A stretch of 35,726 nucleotides of DNA. Source: Mesotaenium endlicherianum (lineage: Eukaryota). The notes under the pieces are model-generated. The model saw only the letters and a list, made by a program, of their open reading frames with translations. It was not told where the DNA came from and searched no databases. This document shows, piece by piece, positions 1 to 12,700 of this stretch (position 1 is the first letter of the stretch; every line of letters begins with the position of its first letter). Position numbers and translations under genes: made by a program. Location: assembly GCA_009602735.1 (NCBI GenBank), contig WELA01002202.1, positions 225,727 through 261,452 of the forward strand, read 5' to 3'.

Positions 1-444
1 CCCCCCCCGGGGGGCCGGAGGAGCCATGTTGGACTGCTCCGTGGCAGTTTGGGGACACCATAATGCTCACCTTCATGGCACTATGACAAGAGGCTGCCGT
101 TTTTCGTGTGCACGTTGCGGACCGGACGACACACTTCGGCCTTGCATGGGACGCGCCTGGGGCACCTGCTCTCGTCGTTGGGGTTGGATGCAACGAGCAG
201 CAGCACATGCACCTGCGCCGGCACGGGCCACGGTGTGTCAACGCAAGGGGGAGGAGAAGAAGGGAAAGAAACAGAGAGGCCGCAGTAGGCACAAGAAGGG
301 GGGGGGGAGGTGCGAAAGGGGGGGGAGTCTGAGGTAGATGTCTAGAGACAAGTGGCATCACCTGATGGAGTTGGGGTTGGCGACTGGGATGTGGGTGGGG
401 GCGTGGGCGTGTTTGGGGGGACGGGACGCGGAGGAGGAGCGCAG

Positions 445-3400
445 GCTGTGAAGGTGGAGCTTTGCGAGAGGGTCCAGCTCATCGTGGCGTGCGCGCGCAT
501 CAAGATCGCCAACTGCCGCGAGTGCACCTTCTACCTGGGCACCAACCAGAGCCCGCTTGTGATTGGCGACAACCACAACCTGCAGGTGCCGGCCCCGCTG
601 CAGCCAATCCACGCCTCCGGCTGCATCTGCATCTGCATCTGCCTGCCTGCGTGCTTGCCCCGCGTGCTTGCATGCCTCCACCCACTGTTGCGAAAATGCC
701 CCCTGGCTGCTGCTCTTGCTCATGCTGCTACTGCTGTTCCTGGTGAAGGGAGTGTTTGCGGCTCCCAGTCTCTCCTGGGGCGGAATGCCCTTGCGGGGGC
801 TATGTTGAGTTCCTGCTGAGAGTGGCGGCTCTTCCAGTGCCCCCCCCCTTCCCTCTTCGTGCCCTGGGTTGCAGTTTTCTAGCTGCTCCTTCATGAGCTC
901 TGGCTCTGGACTCTCTTTGCCTCTGACAAGAGCAGAAGGAAGCGCTCCTTTTCTGGCTTGCCTTCTCTCGCTTCATGCATCCCACACTTGTATAGAGAGC
1001 GTGCAGCACAACCATTTCTCAGCTTTTGGATATGTGTTGCACTTGTATGTCCTCGAGAGAGGTCGTCTCAGCTGGAATCAGGCAAGGCTGAGAAGGGGAC
1101 TGAGGGATGTCAGCGTGAAGGGTGTAGTGCAACCCTTGGCCGGATTGTGGTACTCCATCGTATGCAATCACCCTATGAGACTGATGTGTGCCAAGAGGCT
1201 GCTGTATCAATCTTTTCCATTAGAAGCCACTGAGCTTCTGCTTGCTGCTGGCTGCCCACGATTGGGAGTCATCAGTTGAGTCGAGTGTAAAACCAAAAGA
1301 AGCCAAAGGGGGGCAGGGTACCCTTGCATGAGGAGAGGGAGAAGAGGAGGGGCCTCATCGCCAGACAGAAGCCCACCTGGGTGCAGCCAGGCACGGCAGC
1401 TTCTTGCACTGCAAGGCCGGCCTGCCACTCGTTGCAGGAGGTTCATCCCCTTTGAGGAGTTCTCTGGCACGTGGAGAGTGCGCTTTGCAGCGTTCTTTGA
1501 GCGCGCCACATGACTCTCGCCAGGGCCACCAGTGCTTTGTAGACAGCTGGCTGATGCGGCAGGGCTGGGCAGGGCAGGGCAGGGCAGTCGCTTTGTCTCG
1601 TCGAGATGTGAACAAGCTCGCAGAGGAATGGTGAAGCTGGCTGTGGCGGGTCTCTGTCAGGGGATGCAGCGGTTCTGCGCACCCCCGCAGGCACCCTGTG
1701 AGATTCTGACCTCCTCGTCGTCTCCTCCCCTCTCTTCCTCCTGCATGCTTGCGCTTTGTACAGGTGGCGCCGTTCAACACGTTCTACCCCAAGCTGGACG
1801 CCCACCTGGCGCTGACGGGGATCAATCCGGCGGTGAACCGGTGGGACACGCTCGTCACGCTCGGGGTGGTGGACCCGCACGATGCCATGTCGCATCCAGC
1901 TGGCGTCGCCGATGCGCAGGCTGAGGGGGCCACGCTCCTCTCCCCCGACCGCTTTGTCCCCTTCGTGGTGAGGGCCCGCGCTCCCTCGTCCGTTTTCTCT
2001 CCCTCTGACTACCTCTGGCTACAAGTGTGTGCATACGTCTCTGGAGGACCTCTTGGAGCCTCTCTTGGGGTGCCAACTGCCTCGTCTTGATGCACTGTGG
2101 CGTGGTGCTGCCAGCACCAGGGTTGATTGCAGCCAGGGCTGCTGCCAGGTGGCGCAGCAACGGGCTGGCGCAGTGGCTGAAGGGCGCGGGGGGGGNGGGT
2201 TGGGTAGGCTTCCCAGGCCTTGAGTTTTTTTCTGATGCGAGGTCCGGTATGGCAGCTATTTGTCGCAAGCAATCAATTGTGGCGACCAAAAACAATCCGA
2301 CTCGTATGTTCTCAGGCCTCTCGCAAACATGCATGTTGCCTCTGCCTTCTGGCTGTGTCCCTCGAGCACTCGCTTGTTTAGTCAGCACCTGTCTGCGTCT
2401 GCGTGACCTCTCTTCCAGACGTGTCGCGGAGATGCTGGCTAACGCCGGGGTCCAAACAACCGTCATCAACGCTTGCGAGGCCGCAGGGGAGGAGTGCGTG
2501 CTCCTTCTTGCAAGCTCCATCCGCCCCGAGAGTGTGTGTATGGGGCAGCAGTCACCCGCCCTCCGCTGGTGATGCCAAGTGGAGTGCAGGAGGCCACATG
2601 AGCCCCGCTGGGGTCGCACTTTTGCTGCTGGCTTACACGAGAGCTTGTTGTCTTTGTGCCTGCGGCTTGTGCTGCTGCTGCTGCTGCGGCTGCTTCTGTG
2701 ATCTGGTGTGCCTGCATGAGCGTGCGCAGGTCCCGTTCAGACCGTCGGCAGAGCAGCAACAACAGCTGCAGCAGCAGCTCCAGATGACCCGTGCCAACCC
2801 GTTCCCGCTTCCCAAGCCGTACCTCACAGCCCTGCAGCACAAGGCATGTTGTGCTGCGCCCTTTTATGCTCCCTCGCTCACTCAGCACGCCTCTGGGTCT
2901 CTTTCCCCCTGCCATCCCCCTCCGCCCCCAATATCTCCCATCAACTGGCTTGTCCTTCTTCATTCTTGGGGCTAGGCACCCACGGCTTCAGCAACCATGT
3001 GCCTTGAAACACACCAGCGGTTCCTGATAGTGGCTTGTTGCTTGTCAGCGTGGCTTGTGTCTCTCCCATTTGCGCTTCCCTCATCCAGGGAGGACTCTGG
3101 GCTACGTGCCTGGATTGTGAGAGAGCTCCCTGGCTTGCTTAGTGGCCGCGTGTCATTCAAGGAGGGGCAGGTGGAGCAGGCCTCTGACTTGCGTGCGTGT
3201 CTCCCCTCTCCCCGTCTGCCCGATGCTGTGTGGCGTCCAGACTAAGACAGTGGAGGGGCTGCGGCAAACGCTGAAGACGGCGGTGCTGGAAGAGAACAAG
3301 AAGAAGGAGCTCACCAACGTCATCCAGGCGCACTTCAAGGAGTGGCTGTTTGGTACGCCCCCACGCTTCTGCTCGCCCGCACGCCGTTCGTTGGTTGTAG

Positions 3401-3725
3401 CCGTGTTTGACCGACAATGTCTTCGCTGTGTTGGGATGCGCATTTCAGCAGCTACATGCTTGTGGCGTGGTGTATGTCGATGCCCGTCCATGATGCTGCT
3501 GCGTGTGCTCAGTTGCGTGTGGAAGAAGTGTGGGTCTGGGGGCAGCACGACGCCTCGTTCAAATGTTGTGGCGTTTCTGCAGTCTTGCACAAATGCGTTG
3601 ATACCCAGCGCATACGCTGCAGTTTCTGGTGCTGTTGTGACCTATTTCTATAATGTGTGACATCTTCTGCAGCTTCAGGCAACATCAGGCAAGTGTACGA
3701 CCTGGCAAGGCTGGACCGGGATTGA
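445..3725 (+). CDS. TBCCD1: TBCC domain-containing protein 1 (C-CAP/cofactor C-like), 3' part; the 5' exons lie upstream of the window
   Basis: Exons 445-585, 1764-1967, 2730-2843, 3241-3352 and 3673-3725 join in frame. Translation: AVKVELCERVQLIVACARIKIANCRECTFYLGTNQSPLVIGDNHNLQ/VAPFNTFYPKL...NRWD...GVVDPHDAMSHPAGV.../...NPFPLPKPY.../...HFKEWLF/ASGNIRQVYDLARLDRD*. This matches plant TBCC-domain proteins as I recall them. Intron 2844-3240 is GC-AG and the rest are GT-AG. Confidence 0.9.
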
Positions 3726-4301
3726 CATTGGAGCCATATTGGCAGCAGTAGGGGCATGTGGATAGCGTAGGCGATTGGACGGTAGGATCTGACCTGTCTG
3801 CAGGCATTCAAGATGCGAAGGCGTACTATATTTACACGTAGAGATCGAGCAAGTGGCGTAGAAAGCATGACCAAGATTTGCCAAGGCTGTGTTGTTTGTA
3901 ACCTCTTAGGGTGCCCGTTGAATGAGAGCTGTTCCACCTGCTGAACATTGTCAAAGGAGTGCCATGGTGCTGAAGTCAACTTGGACTGTGCTCTATTGAT
4001 GGTGGTCTACCATAGAAAGCTGATGGTATGGTCCTGAACTGCTGTGTAGCCATCCACTCTTTACACCCTTGGCATCCAGGAGTGAGATGATACAGAAAGC
4101 TGTGCATAGTATTAACCTGAAACCTGCAGATATGTCGGGGCTTAAGAACAAGCAGTAGCTTCGTGACTAGTCACCATGGAGACTGCTGGCATTTGGTCTG
4201 GTAGTCTGTATTTACTGTGCCCTCATATTCTGCAGCTAACTGCCTCATGTTCTCCGGCTAGTCGTTGAAGTGCATCATCTGCGCCAATCTCAAGGGCCTC
4301 G

Positions 4302-6366
4302 CTAGCCCCAGTCAACAGGAGCCGGGGGCATGGAGTAGCCCCCGACAGGCGGAGGGCGCAGAGAGGGTGGCAAGTTGCTGTGCAGCGGCGCTGCTTTAGC
4401 AGCCTGATTACCATCGCTGGAAGCTGCACATGGTGAACAAGCAACGGGGTGAATGACAAAGACGCACTCAAACACAAAGAATGGCATGAGCCCACAGCTT
4501 CAGCGCATGCCTCAATCTGTCAGCCCATTACAAACCACAGCTGGCGCAACCAAAGAAGCAAGGGCGAAGCTCTCTCACTATACGAGCCTTGTCATCTCTG
4601 AGCCATCCACATGTACAAGCTTCGAAGTATCCAATAGACACTCACTTTTTCCTTAAATAAATTTCCAATGCAAGATGCTTGAAAACTCCTGCTAATGTAC
4701 ATCTGCTAGAAGTTGAGCGTGTGCTTGAGCTAAGAAGAGCAGGCTCTACTGTGAATGCCGTGGCAGATGCAAGCGATTGTCGAAGCTGTGCTTGAACCAC
4801 AAGGGCCAGGCGGCATGTGCCCATGCAGTCACTCACTCGAAAAAGGCTGGGTCTGATGCCCTTGTTGGCTCTCAAGTGGCGGCGCCGAGGCCTCACCTAG
4901 CAGGGCAGCAACAGTTGGCGGCAGCCCATAGTCTGCATGGTGCCACCACCACCCACGAGAAGGGCAGTCTGGTCCAGGGCCGTTAAAAGTGCAGTAGCCT
5001 GAGAGCATGCATGCCGGCCAGCAGACAGATAGACTGTCGGATAGACACATAGACGGAAACAAGCAAGCAGCGTTCTTTGCACCTGTTCCGCTGCATGCTC
5101 ACTCAATCCGCTAGGATGCTTACTCGACTTTCTCAGCATCCAATGACGGGCCGAGACCGGGGCCTGACGGCCTTCTCCTGCTTCCTTTCCTCCTCCTTCA
5201 GTTGTTTCTCATGTCCCTTCTCCTTCAGTACCTGCGGCAGTCTGCTGCATCTCCAGGATGGGTGCACTGACAGAGGGCTGCCGCTTCTGAAGAGGGTCCT
5301 AGGACCATGGCACGACTCAGGGCCGGGCGAGCCCTTCGGGAAAATGCACTTTCAGAAGAATCAACAAGGAACGTGCATCCCAACGTTCAGGCCATGTTGA
5401 ACCCAAATTTAACGACACGTGGCTGCTGCAAACCAAGCCGTTGTGGTGCCCCGCAGAGAGAGGCGATGGGAGGCAGAAGGCCGAGGGCTGCAGGAAGGGG
5501 CCACCGGGCGTCAGTCACGTACCGCCGCTAGTCACGGAAGGAGAAGCACCGGTGGTGGTTGCTTTGGGCGGGTGGGCATAGCCGCACGACGGGCCTAGGG
5601 GGCACTTGCCCTGGCAGCAGCAGCAGCACCATCATCACTCCTCGTGAAACAATACGGCCGGCATGAAGCAGCGGGAAGACTGACTCATGAGGGTGTGAGC
5701 AGTCTTATCTGTCGCCGGCAGAAGGCCTCAGACATGGAGCATGCTGCCCTAGTTCTTCAAGAGCATTTATGGAGGGGTCAGGAGAGTGCAGCAGTCGTGC
5801 GCGCGCACGCACTCATGCACGCACTCATGCACGCGCGCGTGTACACACACACAGACACACACACACACACACTGACATACACACACACACACACACACAC
5901 ACATACATGCACACGCATGCTTGCCTACGCCCACAGCCCACAGGCTCTTTTGCCACGTTCCAGCTAGTGCCAGCATATATACCCCTCCCCTCCCAAGCAT
6001 GGCAACTTTAATACCTTCATCAGCATGCATCGATCACACGCACGTTCTTTAAAAAAACTGTTATAGATGTGCGAGAAGAACTAGGTATAGATGTGTACCT
6101 CGTAGAGCCACCGCTGGCAAGGTTCTGCAGGAGAAGCAACACCACGCGCCGTTTGCAAGGTGGAGAAGACAGACACAGCACACTAAAATTGTTAGTGCAC
6201 CTTCTTCACTCAAAACATAGTAGAATCTCCAGACTATCAAGCCGACCCCCCCTCCCCCTTCCCCCCTCCGTCTCCCTCCTCTCCCCGGCTTGCGCACACA
6301 CACACACCAAGTAGCATCTCCACCTTTTGCACTCGGGACCACGTCGCACGCAGCCACCAATAGCTG

Positions 6367-6425
<59 letters not shown>

Positions 6426-6692
6426 GCAGCACCTGCGCATGGTACTCCTCACAACTCAGAGCCGCGCAGTCCAAGGGGATGAGATAGATGCTGCACCCAC
6501 ATGCATACGCTCGCAATTCAGAAGTGGGCAGCAGGCGCCATGAAGGGGGGCCGGGTGTGCACCTTTGAAGGCGTCGTACCAGAGCCGCTTGTTGCGCTGA
6601 TGGCCGGCCCCCTGCAGGTGCCTGCGCCGGGAAGCAGGCGTGTCGGCAAAGGTCTTGTCGCAGAACTCGCACACGTACTTTATGGCAGGCAT
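4302..6692 (-). CDS. ZMAT5: U11/U12 snRNP 20-kDa protein-like (matrin/U1-type C2H2 finger plus CCCH finger), about 121 aa
   Basis: Exons 6692-6563, 6124-6099, 5610-5523 and 4423-4302 are GT-AG with matching phases. MPAIKYVCEFCDKTFADTPASRRRHLQGAGHQRNKRLWYDAF is the U1-type finger. CQRWLYEGKCPLGPSCGYAH is C-x8-C-x5-C-x3-H. The C-terminal LPPSLRPPPVGGY...VDWG* is typical of the family. Confidence 0.88.
5841..5905. repeat. Imperfect (CA)n microsatellite in ZMAT5 intron 2
   Basis: Visible acacacacac tract with a few interruptions. Confidence 0.9.
6371..6423. repeat. Perfect (GT)n microsatellite, about 26 units, in ZMAT5 intron 1
   Basis: Uninterrupted gtgtgt run. Confidence 0.95.
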
Positions 6693-8727
6693 GGCAACCG
6701 GAGCTAGGGTCTCATGGCCCTCATGTGAAGAGATCGATGTGCAGGTGCCACCGAGACAGCACTACGTGTGAAATAAAGGATGAGAGGGACAGTGGAAGGA
6801 TGTAAGCATTGCGGAAGGCTGGTGCTGAGGAGCTGAGGCTGTCAGTTCTTGCAAATTGTCTAGTCTGCAAGACGAGGAGAGAGGTTTACTAATCACTTTA
6901 AACCTCAGGAAGGGTACCTGTAGAATCTACAGCTCCCATGATCCTCTGAGGAGCTCTAAAATATTCCATAAATACATGATGCTCTCCAATCTTAGTCATG
7001 AAAGTTGCACCAGGAGTCAATAGTTACCTGACTAACTGCACGTGCACTAGATAGAAGCTTTTCTGCGAAAGGTAAGCCTAATCTCTAGTGCAGGTACAGG
7101 CACAATTTGTTTACGAACTAATTGTCCTTGCACGTATACGTACAATTTATCCCTATGATCGGAAGTTGGTTAACGCGAAAGCGAGGCAGATCGCATTCCT
7201 CCTGATTCTACGACCAGCGAACTCCCCAGTTCAGCTTCTTGGAAAGTGTAGATACACATTTGCCGGAAGCTTGCGCTAGTGTTGAATTATTGCCGGGCAA
7301 CAGTTTTTCTTGTATCAATATGGAATGAGCAATCGATGACTATTACATTGGCTGATATGGGACTCGCCCCGCATTTCAGTAGCATGTCTCCGTGTTATAC
7401 TCTTGGCTTGTTAGGAGCGTTCGTCACTGGTGGCTGCTCGTCAGAAACCTGTGTCTATTATGTGTCTATTATGATGCTAGGGTGGTGAAGTGAAAAGGTG
7501 TATCGTTGTGATTAGCAGCTTGCTCCTTGTTGCTACTCAGGTTGTGTCATAAGGGGACAAACATTTAAGCATAAAAATACGTTACTTGGGATGGTCTGGG
7601 TATCATATGACGGAGACTTAAGCTGTGCATGTGCCATGGATTGGAAGTCAACAAATTAAGAGTGGGCAATTTAGCATGCGCACTACGTAAGAGGATTACT
7701 TGCCCATAGCTTATGCCTTTCCTCAATCGTAGGAAAATAAACCATCAAATATTGCGCATTCTATTTGAAGTTGTTGGGAGGGTTGGTGCACGAAGTGAAT
7801 TAGCTTTTTCATCGGCTTGGCTGTGCATAATAGCCATGCTCTCCATGACCTATTTATTGTCTTATACGGCCTCTGGCCATGGTATCCATAGCAAGTAGTT
7901 CACTGGTGTAAGATTGTGATGAGCAGCATCAGAGACAAAAACAGTGTGAAGTGTGAGGACTCTACACATATTTACACCTACAACTGCACTCTAGTATATT
8001 ACAACTCCCTTCTCCTTATATGCAGGGGTGCTTCATTTATCGTCCATCACAAGTACGCAATTTAGTCAACCAGATAGCCGTCAAACACAAGTAACAAAAG
8101 GCTGCAGTGTGGGGATGTAGTTGTTCCAACATGCACAACCTTTATGGTCCTCATTTGCCCACGAAAACTTAAATAAGGTGCTGCTTTATAACCCTCAGCA
8201 GCTCTTTAGCAGCTGGAATAGTACTGGCCTGGAAATGCAACAAGCTATCTACATTCAAGAGACCGATACTGTGTAAGGTTGAGGACAGCAAGTTACGCAT
8301 AGAAACCACTTTGCCTTCAACGATCTTGCTCGTAATCAAAGACCATTGTCCTGCTCTCATACCGGCTGTCAATCAAATTGCAACTAAGGTCACATGAAAT
8401 AAACCAGCAACACAAATCAGGTGAAACATGTTGGCAAGACCTTGTGGGACCATCAAACAAACATGCGAGTATAAAAGAGTCCGGCCGAACTTTGCATGTA
8501 GTGGGATGTCTAGCTTGGTCATCTGTAAATGTTTTGGCTGGGCCAGCAACAAATACATCTTTCAGTAAGAGCAAATAGAGGTTTAGAAACTATACCTGCT
8601 GTTTCCTATGAGGCCATATGGCAAATGTAGGATATATGTGCAACAACAATAGATGGACATGAGAAGCCTACCACTAGCCGCGATTTAAAGTGCTCAAATT
8701 AAAAGTTAATGTATTGCTAGGCAGCAG

Positions 8728-9270
8728 TCAGGAGTTCTTAGGCTTAGCCTTTGATTTACCAGCTGAGAATAGGGTAATCCCTACAAATATGAGCAACAGG
8801 CTCAACAATATCACGCCGGCGACAACAGGCAGAATGATGGCATACTCTCTAGACAGGAAGTAGGCATTCAGGAAATGATCCTCTGGCATGAAAGGCTGCA
8901 CATACACATACAAAGCACATAGAAATTAGATTCAGGCTGATGTCATACCAAGCAGCTCCACTCCCCCCTATCTCAAACACCGGCAAATAATGTGCAGTTT
9001 GTGCAGGTCACAATCAAGAGTAAGGTATTTTTCCGACTATATGGCAAGGAGCGGATATTGTGAAATAATACCAGTACGTACAGAAAGTGTAGGCTACGCA
9101 ACATCACTAAGTAGTATGTGATTTTATAGGGGCAATGGTGCAGGCGGGAAGGCAAGCAGGCTAGTCCAGGAAACACTCACCGTGACAATGACCCACACAG
9201 TGTAGTATGAGAAGACGGCAATGCCTAAGGATAGAAGCAAGAAGCCCACCAGCCAATCACTGACCACCAT
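8728..9270 (-). CDS. DPM2: Dolichol-phosphate mannose synthase regulatory subunit 2, 85 aa
   Basis: Exon 9270-9181 reads MVVSDWLVGFLLLSLGIAVFSYYTVWVIVT with donor gtgagt. Exon 8895-8728 reads PFMPEDHFLNAYFLSREYAIILPVVAGVILL...KSKAKPKNS*. Two hydrophobic helices, the FxYYTxW motif and a Lys-rich tail fit DPM2. Confidence 0.92.
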
Positions 9271-9740
9271 GGCTCCGCCTCTTCTCTTTCAGGGCTTCAT
9301 TATGCAGCTAGTGCGCAAAGTGAAGAGGAGAGCTTATACCATCCATACAATGCCCATCGACCCTATGTAAGGAACAATTTTGCTTGTTAGTGAAATCCTC
9401 AACCGCGTACAACGTGCATGAGTCGCTGATTGTTTTCATGAGACCAGGCGAGTTTCTCACTGTTACAGCGCTCCTCGAAGAAAGTGCATCGAATAATATA
9501 TATGAGGTGGACCGAAAAAAGTGAATCATGTGGCATGTCGGGCAACTCTGAAGAGAATTGTCATTTCCGCAAAGCTCTTACATTAGTCTGTGTTAACTGC
9601 CGGATGTATCTTGCTCCAACATTGCTTCAGCTCACATATTCATGAGCTGCAGAGAATTTTGAGTTTCTGCTCTCGCATGCCCATAGGAGATGAGACATTG
9701 AACTTCGAGAAATAAGGTGGTGGAATCAAGAATAAGGATC

Positions 9741-12700
9741 ATGGCAGTTTCTGCCCTGCTGAACCCTGCCGCTTCTCTCTGCCTGCTCCCACTCCCCCTC
9801 ATTCGCAACTCCTCATCAGTGTCCACAAGCTCAACAAAGTCACGAGGCAGCTGTCAGGTGCAGCATGACACTCTCGCTCAGAGTATGGGAGACTGTTATT
9901 CGAATCTTGTGTCTTTGTTCTTGTATCTCGCTCAAGTCATCATTCCTTACTCCGAATTGAGTGTGCTCAAATCTGCTGGTATGAACTGGCGATGTAGCCT
10001 ATGAACGAATTCAACCCAGCTCTACCTTTAAACCATGCCAAAAGTGAAAGGCGAACTAACAAACTTGTGTCTTAAATATAACATAATCTTTATTGTAGGA
10101 AGGCTGCTAGGTGTGGGCAACTTGTAATCGTTGCCATGGATGGCAGGCATGTGCCAACTGCTGCCAGTCAGTATTCTGAGATGCCTTGAAAAAATTGCAT
10201 CAGTCCTTATGCGCATCAAGTTCCTTCAATCAGAGCATAGAATACAATATGTCCCAGGCTTTCTCACCTGTCACACCTTACACTGGCTCGACCTGGCAAT
10301 TCTTTCTCCAAACTTTGGCTACGGCCTGTACTCTTCTGATGCGACGATTGCAAGAAAGGTTAGTCTTATAAACATGCCACAAGAATGTGTTTGACCGCTG
10401 GATAGGCACATCAAACGAGCTATAGTCACCCCATGCACCCTCAAAGTGCCACTTGGCGACGTGCTGAGCTCCGCGACAGCCTGACATCTTGTGGGGCCTA
10501 ATAATCACACAACAAAGTTCACCGTAACATGACTGCAGAGGCCAGGAGTGCTAAGCCAGCGCTCACAAGGCGCGCGTGTGGCTGCCAGCAAGCGCTTGCA
10601 GGGGGTGCGTGTGACCGCCAGCTCAGAGAGTGCCAGCTGGACTGCAGCAAGCCCTGCCAACAAGCGCAGCACGGGCGATCTGAAGGGGGCCCTGAGAGCG
10701 GCTGTGGCTGATACAAACAGGGGCAAGGTGGGCTGTGACCCTCACCCTAGTCCTAGCACTAGACCAATCTGGACACTTACTGGGTGCTCCTTTGAACAAG
10801 ACGTGACCCTTATTGAAGGTCAACTGTATCTGCCTGTCAGCTTGTCAGATTTTAGGCTTGGGCTAGTGTGCCACCTGTGGAGTTCAGAGCTCTGAGGAAA
10901 GTGCTCTACTGCTGGCTTCATGTGAATGAGGAACTGCATAACGCATGTGTGCAGCCATTGCGTGAGCCATGCATGTAAGGTGCCATCTTGTGCGCGTGCG
11001 TGTATGTGTGTGAGCTTGTATGCTGTATTCATGACTCTGAACGCCCGTTGTACAAATTTCTCCAACCTGAATAAGAGCGTCATGACGCGGGGGGGGGGGN
11101 NNNNNNNNNNNNNNNNNNNNNNNNNNNNNNNNNNNNNNNNNNNNGGGGGGGGGGGGGGGGGGGGGGATTGGAGGAGCAGAATGTGAGCAGCAGAGAGCAG
11201 CAGGCCATCAATCAGCTGGTTCTTGTAAGTCAGACTGACCCCCCACTCAGCCTCATGCCCACTGCTGTGGGCCGCCCAGAGAGTCATGGGGCCTCCAAAC
11301 TTTCAACACGCACACGTGCATATATGTGTCTCCATCTTTGTACATGCATTTACGGTATGCATGTGTGCATACGTACGCCCTTTGTTTCCTTCTTGGGCTT
11401 CCCTTTTCTGCTTTATGTGGAACAATCAACAATCCAGCGCGAGACAATGTGACGTGCTTGCAACCCGAGTGCACGTGGCCGGCAGAAGCGGCCCGCTTCG
11501 CATGCTCTAGCAGAGGGGCCTTCCTTCCCCTCGCTCATCGGACGCCCCCTTTCTGCCGTCACCGCGCCACCAACCCTCCCATACGTGATGCCCGCGATGG
11601 GGCATCAGACAGGATGCGCTGCTAGGCTCTCGTCCACGTCCACTTGGCACTACTTTGGCATCCCGCTGAAGTGCTCGAGACAACTGCAACATCTCCTCCG
11701 CTGTGTTTGCACCCTCCTCCCCCCCTGCCCCCCGCCCCCCANTCCTCCCTGCTGTCCGGCAAATGGATCACGCTTTACACCGGTCCCATCAACGGTCAGT
11801 CAGCCAGTCACTCAGCTCAACTTTAATTGAGCCAGCTTCAGCTTCTCTTTCCCTCTCTCTCTCTTTGTGTTTTTCTCTGCGGTTGTGTCCGTTTTTGAAC
11901 GCCCATCACTCCCGCAGGAGGAGTGTGGGGGGGTGAGCATGGCAGCCCCCGACGCAGTGACTCAGCAGGGATCTGATGACAGTTGTTTCTGATGCGCACT
12001 TCCAAAGCTCTTGCTCTATATATGCGCACTTCCAGTGTGGACGCAGCGAGATCTGTGCTCAAATCAGAAGCTGGTTCCACCTCCAAAATGTTCTCCTCCC
12101 CCCTTTGGGTCCCCCCCCCCNNNNNNNNNNNNNNNNNNNNNNNNNNNNNNNNNNNNNNNNNNNNNNNNNNNCCCCCCCCCCCTCCCGCGCTTACAAGCCC
12201 TTTCCCTTTGCCCCCTAGTGCAGCTGAGCAGCGGCCCTCTCTTCCTCCCTCCCTCTTTCTTTCTCCTTGTCTCTTGTCTGTGTCTGCAACTGCGGGCTTG
12301 TGCATAGTAGTTGCCCCAAAGCCTGAGTCGTCAGACAAGCATGCACAAGCATGCGCAAGCACCCAAGCATGTATCATGCACATGCTCACGCATCTTCTTC
12401 GTGTCCTTTGCATCTCGCATCTGCCGCCGCCGATGACCATGTCTAGTCAGTAGCTTGGAGCAAGCCACAGTTAATGTCCTTCAGCGTCTTCGTTCCCCCC
12501 TCCTCAGGGGGGGCACCTCAAGGAGCAAGGCTCGAGGCAGCCCGCCCGCCCGCCGAGGCCGTTGTACAGGCGTACAGGCGTGTGCGTATCGGGGCGCTTG
12601 TGCTGTGGGCGGCTAGCTCGGTGCATGCCGATGGAGGAACGTCACAGCCATCGTCCTGCGGGTGCATCATGGTGGGCAAGGGACGGGTGTGCATCTCGTC

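Noticed and set aside
26..3660. Numerous 60-250 aa ORFs on both strands of GC-rich introns, here and throughout the window
   Set aside because: They are low-complexity translations of microsatellites and GC-rich intron sequence, fully accounted for by the spliced gene models.
7905..7995. GTGATGA box C-like motif suggesting a C/D snoRNA
   Set aside because: No properly placed CTGA box D or terminal stem was found.
6693..8727. Possible bicistronic DPM2-ZMAT5 transcript or an extra gene in the 2-kb spacer
   Set aside because: The ORFs here are short and featureless. A CpG-retaining patch near 7100-7300 looks like a separate ZMAT5 promoter, and nothing in the sequence supports read-through.
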